NCBI GenBank assembly: GCA_965234725.1
Contig: CBDDUX010000025.1
Coordinates: 1 to 26,433 of the forward strand
Reading direction: 5' to 3'
Source of the DNA: Thermoplasmatota archaeon
GTDB taxonomy: Archaea; Thermoplasmatota; Penumbrarchaeia; Penumbrarchaeales; Penumbrarchaeaceae
DNA: 26,433 bases
Shown here: piece after piece, positions 25,429 to 26,433 of the stretch
How the letters are laid out: every line of letters starts with the position of its first letter
Position numbering within the stretch: position 1 is the stretch's first letter
Notes under the pieces: model-generated
Told to the model about the DNA's origin: nothing
Database searches by the model: none
What the model saw: the letters and a program-made list of their open reading frames with translations, nothing else
Translations under genes and position numbers: made by a program

Positions 25429-26433
25429 ATGAAATGGAGTGATCACACCCGAATCATGACAATGGCAGTGACATTGATACTGATATCTTCAGGTCTATTA
25501 CTGCTTGTGAGCAACACAAAGGCAATCACATTCAGCGGAAACCATGCGGTTGTCAATGATAATAGAGACCAGGATAGAATGGATATCGCTGCATGGGGGA
25601 CAGGAGATACCGCGGAAGTCTACATCGCATACGAGGATTACTCCGCAGGACCAAGTAATCCACACATCTTCTTCCAGAGGTCCATCAACGCAGGGAACGG
25701 ATTCCAGGCAGCTCAGGACCTTCTGGTAGATCCGGACGGTGATGATAAACAGCTGTATCCTGCACTCGATGTATACACATACAACGATTCCAGAACCATT
25801 GCACTCGCATACCTGGACAACTCACCGGGAACAACCTCTATCGAGTTCTACATCATGGTCCAAACATCAACAGATGGAGGTAGCACCTGGACTGCAGCGG
25901 TGCAGGTCACAGATGATGCACACGCCGGATACCCCAACAACAAAATGAATAACATCGACATCGCTTATGACCACAATGGCAACATCTTCCTCGTTTGGCT
26001 CGAATCTGGTACAGCTATGATGGCCTATTCGACAGATGGTGGCTCTACATGGTCTGCACCACAGCAGGTCAAGGACCACCCAAGCCCGGAAAACCCTAGC
26101 TATTCTCAATACCGCCCAACAGTGGCAGCAGATGGGGATGATGTGATGATAGCATGGGATACAGATGTGCATTTCAAGAATGATGTTTACCTCACAAGAG
26201 CTTCAACTTCAAGCCTCTCTGGATATCCGGCACTCAGCTTCGAAACACCACAGAGAATGCCCAAGCCCATCGTTTACCCTATGTACAGAACATATTCTCC
26301 CAGACTAATAGCACAGGAAAATGTGGCTTACATCGTATGGTGGGACTTCTCTACAGACTCTAACGGAAACGACAACGGGGATACTTCCATTGACAGACCA
26401 TGCATCAAATTCTCCAAATCAACCAACGGAGGA
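25429..26433 (+). CDS. Secreted BNR/Asp-box (sialidase-like beta-propeller) protein, 3'-truncated by the window; not in ORF track
   Basis: RBS GGGGTGA, then ATG 25429 opens 335 codons to the window end; signal peptide MKWSDHTRIMTMAVTLILISSGLLLLVSNTKA; Asp-boxes RSINAGNGF, TSTDGGSTW, YSTDGGSTW and KSTNGG. Confidence 0.88.
   Translation, partial: MKWSDHTRIMTMAVTLILISSGLLLLVSNTKAITFSGNHAVVNDNRDQDRMDIAAWGTGDTAEVYIAYEDYSAGPSNPHIFFQRSINAGNGFQAAQDLLVDPDGDDKQLYPALDVYTYNDSRTIALAYLDNSPGTTSIEFYIMVQTSTDGGSTWTAAVQVTDDAHAGYPNNKMNNIDIAYDHNGNIFLVWLESGTAMMAYSTDGGSTWSAPQQVKDHPSPENPSYSQYRPTVAADGDDVMIAWDTDVHFKNDVYLTRASTSSLSGYPALSFETPQRMPKPIVYPMYRTYSPRLIAQENVAYIVWWDFSTDSNGNDNGDTSIDRPCIKFSKSTNGG

Overview
Archaeal chromosomal segment. 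The rps6e-eif2g-PIN operon and a TFB establish this; the gene mix of gingipain-like C25 peptidases and large FG-GAP/Ig/BNR surface proteins suggests a sediment Thermoplasmatota, which is an inference. The left ~9.6 kb is an accessory region with long AT-rich spacers. It holds an AT-rich, divergent TFB paralog, a NosD/CASH beta-helix protein, a 697-aa secreted hypothetical protein and an MFS transporter. The last three are bracketed by two inverted, ~50% identical copies of an unannotated two-gene module (a ~50-aa acidic ORF missing from the ORF track plus an ~90-aa ORF). Both module leaders carry a hairpin with an invariant (A/T)GGCGATG loop and fully compensatory stem changes, and the same loop caps a hairpin in the TFB leader. 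This is the best candidate for an undescribed regulatory system. The region also has a 57-bp direct repeat and a family of related hairpins. The middle encodes an integrin-like FG-GAP adhesin with a structured ~140-nt leader, a C25 peptidase with a PA14 domain inserted into it, a 2x[4Fe-4S] protein, a GAF-PAS histidine kinase and a second C25 peptidase. The right end is core genome (76-aa ORF-rps6e-eif2g-PIN) followed by a BNR/Asp-box secreted protein that runs off the window.
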